From Tannerella sp. (GTDB lineage: Bacteria > Bacteroidota > Bacteroidia > Bacteroidales > Tannerellaceae): a stretch of DNA of 64,000 nucleotides. The stretch's first letter is position 1. Each line of letters starts with the position of its first letter. The translations under genes were made by a program, and so were the position numbers. The stretch spans positions 301-64,300 of the forward strand of contig JAISMO010000114.1 of assembly GCA_031276675.1 (NCBI GenBank). The letters run 5' to 3'. The notes under the pieces are model-generated. The model was not told the DNA's origin. It ran no database searches and saw only the letters and a program-made list of their open reading frames with translations. Of this stretch, positions 1 through 8,686 are shown in pieces.

Positions 1-57
1 AACTTTCCGGAACCCGGAAGGACAATATACCATCCCCGACGGTATTTTTATCGGACT

Positions 58-93
58 GCGCCATGCACAAAACCATGCCGCGCGAAGTATAAA
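58..93. repeat. REP-like element family 2, partial copy (full hairpin copy at 55489..55532)
   Basis: GCGCCATGCACAAAACCATGCCGCGCGAAGTATAAA matches 55499..55534 with 2 substitutions. Only the right hairpin arm CGCGCGAAGTATA is intact here. Confidence 0.6.
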
Positions 94-268
94 GCGGTAA
101 AGGCACGGACAGATGATCGCTTTTCCTGATAGGTTCACCTTTTTCTTACGTCGAACTCACATTGAATAATATTGCTGTAGATGGAGGCTGTTTCCATTCC
201 GCTAAAATGAAAAAACTGAAAAAAGCGCAAAAATCCAAATCTTTCTTTACTGAAACAAAAAAACATTG

Positions 269-276
269 TAGTTTTG
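269..276 (+). promoter_or_regulatory. Bacteroidetes -7 promoter box (TAnnTTTG)
   Basis: TAGTTTTG lies 22 nt upstream of the ATG at 298. The TTG start used by the ORF track (274) falls inside this box. Confidence 0.5.
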
Positions 277-297
277 CAGGGTGAGAAAAAGGAACAA

Positions 298-2295
298 ATG
301 AAGATGTTGATTCAAAAAATCAGACAGGTATACTTTTTTTACCTCTTCATGTTTACACTGATTTTTGGGGTAATTCTGTATGATGTAACGGGCTTTAAAA
401 GTATGGACGAAGTTGCAAGCGTCCTGTTGCTGATACTGTATATCCTTTTCATCTGCCATGAAAGGAAACGGTTCACGGTGGAAATCCCGCTTATCGTGTG
501 CATTTTTCTGTTCTATCTCTGCTATTCTTTTTACCTGGCATATAATTCCCCAGGCGCTGTGGTCATGGATTTTCTGGTGCAAATCAGACCCTTCCTGACC
601 TTCTTCATGGTGTTGCAGATAGCTCCTTTCTTTTCCGCTTCACAAAAAAAGCTACTGAAACGGATTTGTCTTTACATCTGGCCGCTTTTTATCCCTGTCG
701 GCATTTACGGATTTGTGAATCCGTCTTTTTTCAAATCCATCCTGGAGCAGGAGGCCAATTATGTGTCGGGCATCGTTTGCCTGTCGCTCGTTTACCTGTA
801 TTGCAGTAATTTTACTGTAAAGGAAGGGTTTACCTTCCTTTACATGCTGACCACCGGCATGATGGCCATGCACTCCGAGTTTCAAGGATTTTACTTTTTA
901 ACGATCGGGATACTCCTGTATTTTCAGGACGTACGTGTACTTAAGTCTCGCTGGAAGACAGGTTTCGCCCTGCTGATCGTGTTTGTTTTGATCGTTTATA
1001 TTTTGAAATCACAGGTTGCCGGCTATCTTTTTCCACCCGATGCGGGAAACGGCGGTCCCGATTTTACGGCACGTTCCATTCTCTACTGTTCGGCCATTGA
1101 GGTACTGAAAGACTTCATTCCCTTCGGCAGTGGTCTTGCCAGTTTTGCAACCGAACTTTCGGGAAAGTATTATTCCCAGATTTATGTAGCTTACGGGCTT
1201 AATGCCATGGAGGGATTCTCGCCCCGGAACTGGCTTTCCGTATCCGGTTCCTATTACCCGTCGCTGGTTCAGTTTGGTATGTCCGGCATACTGCTTTACC
1301 TGTTCTTCTGGCTTCACAGTGCGAGCAAAATGCTGGTCTGTTTCAAACGTGCGGAAGACCTCCAGTGGTTTGTCATCACGTTGACAACAATCTGCTTTAT
1401 TTTTATCGCGAACATATCGGATGCGTTTTTTTCAAGCAACAAAGGTTTTTTCATAATGATGTTTTTGGGGCTTCTTGCCGGAAAATACAGAAAAAGCGTC
1501 GGCAAGGCGGTTGTGAACACAGGCGAAGAATCGGTTGAGACAGAGGAATACAGGTTTGTCGAAAAGACAGTTGTTCCGCCGGAAATACCTGATCTGTTTC
1601 GGAAGATACCGGATATTCCGCCGGTCGGAAAAATCGAACCGGTTGCTGTCGTAAACCAACCTGAATATGAAGAGGAGGAGGACGAATATGACGGAGACGA
1701 AGACGGGGAGTATGATGAAGACGAAGCATACGGCGACGGAGAAACGGATATTCCGCCGGTTTCGCCGGTCGGAAAAGTCGAACCGGTTGCTGTCGTAAAC
1801 CAACCTGAATATGAAGAGGAGGACGACGAATATGATGGAGACGAAGACGGAGAATATGATGAAGACGAGGCATACGGCGACGGAGAAACGGAAACATCCT
1901 GTCCGGACGAAGCCACAGAAGCATCTGCATTAGCTATATCCGATATGCAGCAGCAGGAAGAAACGGAGATTATTCCGGAAACAATCGGAGGAAATGAGGA
2001 TGGGGAAAATGAACCGGTTAAAAAAGAGGAGAGCGACATGGCCGTATCGGAATCGAATGAAGAAATGTTGGAAATCCCCTTGAAAGATGAGGATTTTAAA
2101 GCTGATTTTCCTACCTTTGAGCCGCTGTTGGACGGAGCGGATGTTGAATCGGCGCAGGAAACAACTGAAAACAGGGATATTCGGAAACATTCGGAACCGG
2201 AAAAGCGAAACGAAGAAGACTACATCCGCGAAAAACCGGCAGCCACAGACGAAGAAACAAATGAAGACGATGTCCCCATTGACTATATAATATAA
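298..2295 (+). CDS. Wzy / O-antigen-ligase-like polytopic membrane protein with long acidic repeat-containing C-terminal tail
   Basis: Track ORF 274..2295; I prefer the first ATG (MKMLIQK) downstream of the promoter box. The first ~400 aa contain many hydrophobic segments. The stretch FGSGLASF...SYYPSLVQFGMSGILLYLFFW resembles the Wzy_C/O-antigen ligase loop region. The last ~260 aa are D/E-rich. Confidence 0.7.
   Translation: MKMLIQKIRQVYFFYLFMFTLIFGVILYDVTGFKSMDEVASVLLLILYILFICHERKRFTVEIPLIVCIFLFYLCYSFYLAYNSPGAVVMDFLVQIRPFLTFFMVLQIAPFFSASQKKLLKRICLYIWPLFIPVGIYGFVNPSFFKSILEQEANYVSGIVCLSLVYLYCSNFTVKEGFTFLYMLTTGMMAMHSEFQGFYFLTIGILLYFQDVRVLKSRWKTGFALLIVFVLIVYILKSQVAGYLFPPDAGNGGPDFTARSILYCSAIEVLKDFIPFGSGLASFATELSGKYYSQIYVAYGLNAMEGFSPRNWLSVSGSYYPSLVQFGMSGILLYLFFWLHSASKMLVCFKRAEDLQWFVITLTTICFIFIANISDAFFSSNKGFFIMMFLGLLAGKYRKSVGKAVVNTGEESVETEEYRFVEKTVVPPEIPDLFRKIPDIPPVGKIEPVAVVNQPEYEEEEDEYDGDEDGEYDEDEAYGDGETDIPPVSPVGKVEPVAVVNQPEYEEEDDEYDGDEDGEYDEDEAYGDGETETSCPDEATEASALAISDMQQQEETEIIPETIGGNEDGENEPVKKEESDMAVSESNEEMLEIPLKDEDFKADFPTFEPLLDGADVESAQETTENRDIRKHSEPEKRNEEDYIREKPAATDEETNEDDVPIDYII
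1612..1890 (+). repeat. In-frame tandem duplication (135 nt + 144 nt) encoding the acidic module DIPPVGK(I/V)EPVAVVNQPEYEEE.DEYDGDEDGEYDEDEAYGDGET
   Basis: Copy 1 is 1612..1746 and copy 2 is 1747..1890. By eye they differ by about 6 substitutions plus a 9-nt insertion (GTTTCGCCG) in copy 2. Confidence 0.9.
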
Positions 2296-2332
2296 AGAGA
2301 CGGGGTTTGCGTCTTGGAAGTAAAAAAACAGA

Positions 2333-2656
2333 ATGGAATTTATTGAAGATTGTCATTTGACCGGTTTGGTCATCGGAGCAGGTACTTTTTTCATCATCGG
2401 ACTTTTTCATCCCCTGGTGATTAAAGGCGAGTATTATTTTGGTGTAAAATGCTGGTGGGTGTTTTTACTTTTCAGTATAGCGGGAATTGTTCTGGCGCTG
2501 ACCATACGGAATGTTATTTTTTCGTCGCTATGCGGCGTTTTCGCTTTTTCTGCATTGTGGGGCATTGGCGAACTGTTTTGCCAGCGGAAACGAGTAGAAA
2601 AGGGCTGGTTCCCCAAACGGGAGGAAAAGCCGCGAACAGAAAAAAACAGAAACTGA
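2333..2656 (+). CDS. DUF4491 family small membrane protein
   Basis: 107 aa with three hydrophobic segments. The motifs FHPLVIKGEYYFGVKCWW and GELFCQRKRVEKGWFPKR are typical of Bacteroidales DUF4491 proteins. Confidence 0.75.
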   Translation: MEFIEDCHLTGLVIGAGTFFIIGLFHPLVIKGEYYFGVKCWWVFLLFSIAGIVLALTIRNVIFSSLCGVFAFSALWGIGELFCQRKRVEKGWFPKREEKPRTEKNRN

Positions 2657-2690
2657 AACACAACCAACCAGGACGCAAGAATGCAGAATT

Positions 2691-3323
2691 TCAATACTTT
2701 CCGGCCTGTATTCTTTTTTCTGCGAAAACTTTCATAAAAGCCGCCGTATCCTCAATACCCAGTACCGAGGCATCGATAGACAGATGATATGACGAGGCTT
2801 TACCCCATGTTTTATTCGTAAAATAATCGTAATAGGCAGCACGGGATTTATCGGTTTTGAGAATAAACTCCTTCGCCTGTTCCACACTCATCTGCTGACG
2901 TTCGACAACCCGCTGAATGCGGCTTTCCAAAGTACTGTGAATAAAAAAACTGATACAGTTCGGATGGTCGCGCAGGATGTAATCGGCGCAACGGCCGACA
3001 ATGACGCACGATTCCGTTTCAGCCAGTTTGCGGATAGCATCGCTTTGAATTTTGAACAGTCCTTCGCAGGAAAGAATGTCCAGTTGAGGGGTATACATCC
3101 CCATCCAGGAAAGTCCGCGTGAAAAGACATGCTCTAAACAGTCGGCTGCTTTTTCATCGACTTTCTCGAACACGTCGTGGCAAAGTCCGCTTTCCCTGGC
3201 CGCCAGCAGAAAAAGTTCCTTGTCATAATACGCAATGCCAAAAGCCTCAGCCAGTTTCTTTCCGATGATGCGACCACCGCTACCAAATTGGCGGCCAATG
3301 GTCAATATCATTGTTTGGTTCAT
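2691..3323 (-). CDS. cytidylate kinase-like family protein
   Basis: The N-terminus ILTIGRQFGSGGRIIGKKLAEAFGIAYYDKEL is the hallmark of the AAA/cytidylate-kinase-like family common in Bacteroidales. Confidence 0.85.
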   Translation of the reverse strand: MNQTMILTIGRQFGSGGRIIGKKLAEAFGIAYYDKELFLLAARESGLCHDVFEKVDEKAADCLEHVFSRGLSWMGMYTPQLDILSCEGLFKIQSDAIRKLAETESCVIVGRCADYILRDHPNCISFFIHSTLESRIQRVVERQQMSVEQAKEFILKTDKSRAAYYDYFTNKTWGKASSYHLSIDASVLGIEDTAAFMKVFAEKRIQAGKY

Positions 3324-3350
3324 GAATTGGTTATTTCAAGTTTTCGGTTG

Positions 3351-3358
3351 CAAAGATA
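3351..3358 (-). promoter_or_regulatory. -7 promoter box (TATCTTTG on minus strand)
   Basis: Plus-strand CAAAGATA, 28 nt upstream of the ATG at 3323. Confidence 0.6.
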
Positions 3359-3521
3359 TGAAAAATCAAACGAAATCTCTTGTTGTGACATTTTGTCGCA
3401 TATAACGGCTGTTTATATGGATATTGATTCTGTTTATGTGACTATTTGTCATGTTTATTGTTAAAACAAGGCCGAAATCGGTCGAAATTGTGATTTGGCA
3501 TCATTTTTGCAAATCACTTTG

Positions 3522-3606
3522 CGCATACACAACATAAAAACCTTTTTCATGGTTGTAATGACCGATTAGATGGTCCTCCTGTTATGAATGGGAGGCCTCT
3601 TTTTTT
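3522..3606 (+). ncRNA. candidate small transcript B (weak promoter, good intrinsic terminator)
   Basis: An imperfect box TCACTTTG sits at 3514..3521. It is followed ~50 nt later by the hairpin GGTCCTCC-loop-GGAGGCC (3572..3597) and CTCTTTTTTT. No plus-strand gene upstream could own this terminator. Confidence 0.2.
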
Positions 3607-3805
3607 ATAGCAGAATCCTTTTCTATCAGTTTACCTGCGTTATCTTTGTAGCTGATTAAAAATCAGCGTTATGAAAACAAGGACAGAAAAGAGATAAGGA
3701 AGTATACAACAAAAAAGACCGGAGAAAAGTTTAACATCTAAGATTTATTATAACAAATGAAGGCTTATTTAACGAACAGCCTATTGATTATCCATAAAAT
3801 ACCTC

Positions 3806-3813
3806 TATCTTTG
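3806..3813 (+). promoter_or_regulatory. orphan -7 promoter box TATCTTTG
   Basis: Perfect TAnnTTTG with no plus-strand CDS downstream; the next gene (4097..4516) is on the minus strand. Confidence 0.5.
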
Positions 3814-3817
3814 CGAT

Positions 3818-3895
3818 GTGGTTTTTCATAATAGTATTAGATTTAAGGTTAACAAATTGATTAAGGGATGTCGAGAGACATCCCTTAATATTTTC
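3818..3895 (+). ncRNA. candidate ~75-nt sRNA A (orphan promoter plus intrinsic terminator)
   Basis: It starts a few nt after the box at 3806..3813. It ends at the perfect hairpin TTAAGGGATGTC-GAGA-GACATCCCTTAA (3861..3888) followed by TATTTT. The only ORF is 14 codons long (ATG 3816) and probably overlaps the TSS. Confidence 0.3.
3861..3894 (+). terminator. intrinsic terminator-like hairpin
   Basis: 12-bp perfect stem, GAGA loop, T-rich tail. Confidence 0.55.
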
Positions 3896-4096
3896 AGACC
3901 TTTCCTGCCCTGAAAACTCCCTTTTTATAACTATCAATGAAAAGACTGGCGATCATTGTTTCTGAATGATACTTTTCATTTGGAGACACTTTTTTTATCT
4001 GATTCTTTGGGCAGGCAAACCTGAAACAGAGAGAAAAAACAAAGTTTGCTTCTCCACGCTGTATACTTTCAACGAATAGCCTGCAGGACTGCCTTT

Positions 4097-4516
4097 TCAG
4101 AACCGAATAAATTCGTATGTTTTATTATCGCTGTACAATACAAGTCGTTTGCTGCTGATTTTTTCAACGGTAAACGTGCGTGAGCGATCTTCCCAGTCGG
4201 TTAGCGGCAGAAATTCGCTTACCGGACGCGGATAAGAAGTCAGTTCCAGATGAATCTTGTTTTCTTCCGGTTGGCTTTTGTAACCGTACATATGCGAAAA
4301 CGAGTCTTTATCGGTATGATAAATCTGGTACATAAACAATGCTTTGGACTGGAAATTATACCAGACCGTGTCTACGTTTGACACATGACCCGACTGTTCG
4401 ATGGTTTTCAATTGCCATTTGCCTTGCAGTTGCCAGCTCAGTTCCTTTTGACAAGCCGTTAATGTCGACAGAATGCAAACGCAGACGACAATAATCCAAA
4501 ATCCTTTTGTTTTCAT
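4097..4516 (-). CDS. lipocalin-like domain lipoprotein
   Basis: Internal start MKTKGFWIIVVCVCILSTLTAC gives a lipoprotein signal peptide with a lipobox Cys. The mature part (WQLQGKWQLKTIEQ..., ...KRLVLYSDNKTYEFIRF) resembles Bacteroidales lipocalin-like proteins. The track ORF extends to 4606. Confidence 0.8.
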   Translation of the reverse strand: MKTKGFWIIVVCVCILSTLTACQKELSWQLQGKWQLKTIEQSGHVSNVDTVWYNFQSKALFMYQIYHTDKDSFSHMYGYKSQPEENKIHLELTSYPRPVSEFLPLTDWEDRSRTFTVEKISSKRLVLYSDNKTYEFIRF

Positions 4517-4781
4517 ACCATATAAACGCAGATGCTGCCGGATTATTTTGTTTTGCTGTGTGTGAGACGGTTTGCGCATTGACACAGGATGTGTTCCTGC
4601 CGGCAATTCTTGAATTTTTAAATGTAACGGTTTTTACGACAAAAAGGTTTATTGCACCAAGTGCAACAAACCCTTTTTGTTTTCTGTAACCGCTCAGGCA
4701 GGTTCATATGTAATATCTTTATGTCAGCAAGATTTTTCACGACGGACGAGCCGAGCAGTTGCCATCTTCTTTTATTCCGGT

Positions 4782-5567
4782 CTATATTTCGGAATAGGAC
4801 ATCGGAGAGAGGAAGATACTTTGATTGTTCGTTGCCGTATACGCATACTCCGGTAACGACTTGATGCGTATCCAGTCCGGATTTTCGCCGAAGTGTTGCC
4901 AGGCTGTGTTGCGGGCATCTTCATTCTTGTACCACGTGAGATACATCAGTGCGGGCATGCGCGGTCCGGCCAAAATCTCGCCGTACAGCACCGAATTGAT
5001 TCCGACCTGGTCGAAAACGGCAATTTCATCCACATTGAACATCTTCACCTTTCGTTGATTCGCTTCCTCGTTAGGGCTCTGGTAGATGCGGATTTCCAGC
5101 AAAGTAGCTTCATTGCCGGGTTTCCGGTGGATGGGTATCCTGTCGAAAGCCTCGCTCAGGTAAGTATCAAAATGAGAATATACCGGAGACGGTGCTGTCG
5201 TATCAAAATAAGGCTGGGCTGCTTCACGAAAGATATTGTCGTTCCACAGATCTTGTTTTACTTTGTGACAGGTAGCGATGTCCGGATAGATGAACAGGAC
5301 ATGACGCTGATCCTTATCGCCTTCTTTCAGGCGATAAGGCTTGAATGCGCCGGTGATGATCTTTTTCCGGTGGTAGGCAGGAAAGAGGACTTTCCCGAAA
5401 AAGGAATCCAGCGGAGCGCCCGTACCTGCAAGCGTGTAGATGCGCCATTCATAGATTTCTTTCTTCAACACGGCTGAAGCCAGCGGTGACAACGCTTCAG
5501 ATGCTGAAGCCAACGACGGAGTGGCGGCTAACGCGCCGGCCACTTTTATAAAATTTCGTCTTTGCAT
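4782..5567 (-). CDS. NIPSNAP family protein with Tat-type signal
   Basis: The N-terminus MQRRNFIKVAGALAATPSLASA is a twin-arginine leader. The body has repeated YEWRIY / EIRIYQ NIPSNAP-like motifs. Confidence 0.8.
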   Translation of the reverse strand: MQRRNFIKVAGALAATPSLASASEALSPLASAVLKKEIYEWRIYTLAGTGAPLDSFFGKVLFPAYHRKKIITGAFKPYRLKEGDKDQRHVLFIYPDIATCHKVKQDLWNDNIFREAAQPYFDTTAPSPVYSHFDTYLSEAFDRIPIHRKPGNEATLLEIRIYQSPNEEANQRKVKMFNVDEIAVFDQVGINSVLYGEILAGPRMPALMYLTWYKNEDARNTAWQHFGENPDWIRIKSLPEYAYTATNNQSIFLSPMSYSEI

Positions 5568-5600
5568 GGGACAATAATTTAGTTTGTTATATATAAGTTG

Positions 5601-6695
5601 TTATAAATAATTCTGCATGAACTCATCCATTTCCGCCTGATGCATTTCGAGGCTTTGCAACAGTTTGAACTGTGCTTTAGTACGGATCAGGTTATGTTTT
5701 GGTTTGTGTATCTTGTAATACGTGTCCCCGTTGATGTAGTCGGTCAGGAAACGAACGGTCTGCATGTAGGTAAGCAGACGTCCGCCATAGGGCAGCATGG
5801 TGATTTCCAGTGGTGTGAGGAATGACCGGGCTGTTTCCATATATCCCTTCGCGTATGCTTTGAAAATCTCCAGATTCACGTTTATCCGTTCCAGATTTTC
5901 ATCATCTTCAGCGCCGGTATTGGCTCCCGTACGGATAAAGTCGCCGATGTCGGACAGGACAAAACCCGGCATCACAGTATCCAGATCAATGACACATAAC
6001 ACCTTGCCATTTTCATCAAACAGGATGTTATTGACTTTCGTGTCGCAGTGATTCGTCCGTTTTTTCAGTTTCCCTTCGCGATACAACCGTTCCTGGATAC
6101 ACATGGCTTCGGCACGTTTTTCGATTTCTTCCATCAACTCCGCAACTTCATCCAGATGTCCTGCCGGATTGGCTTCTACCGCCTCGCGGAATTGCTGCAA
6201 ACGAAATTCCATGTTGTGAAAATTCGAAATCGTCTCGCCCAACACGCCTTCCGGGAGGTCCGAAAGCATTGACTGAAAGTCGCCGAATGCTCGCCCGGCT
6301 TCGTAAGAAAAGGCGGTGTTAACTTCTTCAAAACTTTGGCTGCGGGAAATCATCAGGCTGACTCGCCAGTAATTTTCCCCGTCAAAATAATAGTATTTTC
6401 CGTCCCGGGTCGGAAGGAACGTCAACACTTTGCGATCGATATCCCGTTCTCCACGCATTTCCAACTTTTTGCGGATGTGCGAAGTCACCACGCGAATGTT
6501 GTTTTGCAGCACTTCCACATCGGTAAATATCTGATGATTGATTCGCTGGAGTATATACTTGTCCTCCCCCTTGACCGTCGTTACTTTCAAGGTATCATTG
6601 ATATGTCCGTTACCGAATGGTACTACTTCCAACGGTTGTTCGGTGAGGTCGAACCTGCCGAGTATTCGCAGGTAAACATCATTGGCCGCTTGCAT
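5601..6695 (-). CDS. N-acetylhexosamine 1-kinase-like phosphotransferase (APH family)
   Basis: PFGNGHINDTLKV, HCDTKVNNILFD, IDLDTVMPG and the C-terminal NLIRTKAQFKLLQ line up with NahK-type kinases as I recall them. Confidence 0.85.
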   Translation of the reverse strand: MQAANDVYLRILGRFDLTEQPLEVVPFGNGHINDTLKVTTVKGEDKYILQRINHQIFTDVEVLQNNIRVVTSHIRKKLEMRGERDIDRKVLTFLPTRDGKYYYFDGENYWRVSLMISRSQSFEEVNTAFSYEAGRAFGDFQSMLSDLPEGVLGETISNFHNMEFRLQQFREAVEANPAGHLDEVAELMEEIEKRAEAMCIQERLYREGKLKKRTNHCDTKVNNILFDENGKVLCVIDLDTVMPGFVLSDIGDFIRTGANTGAEDDENLERINVNLEIFKAYAKGYMETARSFLTPLEITMLPYGGRLLTYMQTVRFLTDYINGDTYYKIHKPKHNLIRTKAQFKLLQSLEMHQAEMDEFMQNYL

Positions 6696-6811
6696 ACTTC
6701 TCTTTTTGTTTCTTACTATGCTGCAAATATCCGTTTTTTCTTATGAGTGTGCAAATGAAGAATAAAAAAAGTCATCCTCAGGATGACTTTTTGTTTATCA
6801 TGTATATAAAA

Positions 6812-7807
6812 TCATAATTTACCGGCCGATCCGAGCACATCATTGATTTTGTGTACATAAAGTTTTCTCGCATTTTCACGTGCCGGGCCTAAATATTTGC
6901 GCGGGTCAAATTCGGTCGGGCTTTCCGCAAAAACCTTGCGTATGGCGGCTGTCATGGCCAGACGGCTGTCCGAGTCTATGTTGATTTTACAAACGGCAGA
7001 TTTGGCGGCTCTGCGCAACTGTTCTTCTGGTATACCGATGGCGTCTTTCAACGCTCCGCCGTATTTGTTGATGGTAGCCACTTCCTCCTGCGGAACCGAT
7101 GATGCGCCGTGCAGCACAATCGGGAAACCGGGAAGTTCTTTTTCAACGGCTTCGAGGATGTCGAAGGCCAGGGGAGGCGGCACCAGTACGCCGTCGGCAT
7201 TGCGCGTACACTGTGCGGGCTTGAACTTGTTGGCGCCGTGCGAAGTTCCGATGGATATAGCCAGTGAGTCACAACCGGTCTTGGTCACAAAATCAACCAC
7301 TTCCTCCGGTCGGGTATACGTGTGATGTTCTGCAACCACGTCATCTTCCACGCCGGCCAATACGCCCAGTTCGCCTTCTACGGTGACATCAAACGAATGT
7401 GCATATTCTACCACTTTCTTTGTCAACACGACATTTTCCTCATAAGGAAGGTGTGAACCGTCAATCATTACTGAAGAAAAGCCCAGGTCGATGCAACTTT
7501 TACACAGTTCGAATGTATCTCCGTGATCCAGGTGAAGAACTATTTGCGGATTCGGATTGCCCAATTCCTTCGCATACGCTACGGCGCCTTCGGCCATGTA
7601 GCGCAGCAACGTCTGATTGGCATACTTGCGAGCGCCGCTTGATACTTGCAGAATGACCGGTGATTTGGTTTCGACGGTCGCTTGAATAATCGCCTGCAAT
7701 TGCTCCATGTTGTTAAAATTAAAAGCCGGAATCGCATATCCGCCTTTCATGGCCCTGGCAAACATCTCCCGTGTATTGACAAGGCCCAAGTCTTTATAAC
7801 TTACCAT
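6812..7807 (-). CDS. fbaA: class II fructose-1,6-bisphosphate aldolase
   Basis: GYAIPAFNFNNMEQ, LHLDHG and SHGANKF are classic class II FBA motifs. Confidence 0.95.
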   Translation of the reverse strand: MVSYKDLGLVNTREMFARAMKGGYAIPAFNFNNMEQLQAIIQATVETKSPVILQVSSGARKYANQTLLRYMAEGAVAYAKELGNPNPQIVLHLDHGDTFELCKSCIDLGFSSVMIDGSHLPYEENVVLTKKVVEYAHSFDVTVEGELGVLAGVEDDVVAEHHTYTRPEEVVDFVTKTGCDSLAISIGTSHGANKFKPAQCTRNADGVLVPPPLAFDILEAVEKELPGFPIVLHGASSVPQEEVATINKYGGALKDAIGIPEEQLRRAAKSAVCKINIDSDSRLAMTAAIRKVFAESPTEFDPRKYLGPARENARKLYVHKINDVLGSAGKL

Positions 7808-7846
7808 ATCTGTTTATTTAAATTGGTTATAAATGAAATTCATGTG

Positions 7847-7854
7847 CAAAGATA
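7847..7854 (-). promoter_or_regulatory. -7 promoter box (TATCTTTG on minus strand)
   Basis: Plus-strand CAAAGATA, 40 nt upstream of the fbaA ATG at 7807. Confidence 0.55.
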
Positions 7855-8150
7855 CGAAATTTATCCGGGAATACGGTGCTGGAAAACATAATTGCCAAGG
7901 CCAACGCATCTTCACTTAATCTTTCTACTGATATGACGTCGTGACGGGGCTTTTTTATCGGTATAAAAATCCCGTCACCTTAAAATCCCGGTAGAAAGGA
8001 AAAGAGAGGCCGGTCAGCGTCTCCTGACGGCTTTAGGTTTGCCCTGCATAATCACTGTTTCGTACCTTATGGCGATGGCCCTTTCCGGGAAAATGGTGTG
8101 GAAAGCTTACACTGTGTGCCTTGTCTCCGGGAAAGCAGATTCAGGAGAGT

Positions 8151-8675
8151 CTAAAAACTCTCCCTGACTATCACTTCGTTTGCCGGTTTGCGTATTTTCG
8201 GCGTATGCTCAAACAAATCCGGTTCGGACGGATAACCTGCGGGAATCAGCGCCACCGGCTCAACGCCCTCGGGCAAACGGAACAGGCGAGCACAACGCTG
8301 AACGTCGAAATGGCATACCCAGCATGTACCCAGGTCCTGTTCGGCTGCCGCCATACAGAGATGTTCCGTCGCGATGGCCACGTCAATGTCAGCATGATCT
8401 TTTCCGTCAAATGACCGTTTCCACGAATGACGGTGATCGCAACAGGCCACGATGTACAGCGGCGCTGTTCTAAACCAGTCGCGTTCATAGCAGGTCCGTA
8501 TCTTTTCTTTACCTTCGGGCGACTCAACCACGATAAACCGCCAGGGTTGCAGGTTACAGGCCGAGGGCGCCAGCCGGGCAGCCTCCAGCATGTACTCTAT
8601 TTTTTCTTTTTCTACCGCACGGGAAGCATAGCTCCGGATAGAGCATCGTTTCCGAATGATATCTATCAGTTCCAT
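8151..8675 (-). CDS. nitroreductase family protein
   Basis: IRKRCSIRSY, APSACNLQPWRF and the 174-aa length fit the nitroreductase fold family. Confidence 0.9.
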   Translation of the reverse strand: MELIDIIRKRCSIRSYASRAVEKEKIEYMLEAARLAPSACNLQPWRFIVVESPEGKEKIRTCYERDWFRTAPLYIVACCDHRHSWKRSFDGKDHADIDVAIATEHLCMAAAEQDLGTCWVCHFDVQRCARLFRLPEGVEPVALIPAGYPSEPDLFEHTPKIRKPANEVIVRESF

Positions 8676-8686
8676 ATCAAATGATT

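Noticed and set aside
3816-3860. 14-codon ORF MWFFIIVLDLRLTN as a leader peptide or type I toxin.
   Set aside because: Its ATG sits 2-3 nt after the -7 box, so it is probably at or upstream of the TSS. It is too short for known toxin families, and there is no downstream gene to attenuate.
8040-8145. Possible SRP (4.5S) RNA because of CCGGGAAAGCAG / CCCGGAAAGGG strings and partial long-hairpin symmetry.
   Set aside because: The conserved domain IV pattern (GGUCC-GGAA-GGAAGCAGCC with a symmetric loop) cannot be aligned on either strand, and the pairing of the putative long helix is poor. I left it as unexplained intergenic sequence; an Infernal scan would settle it.
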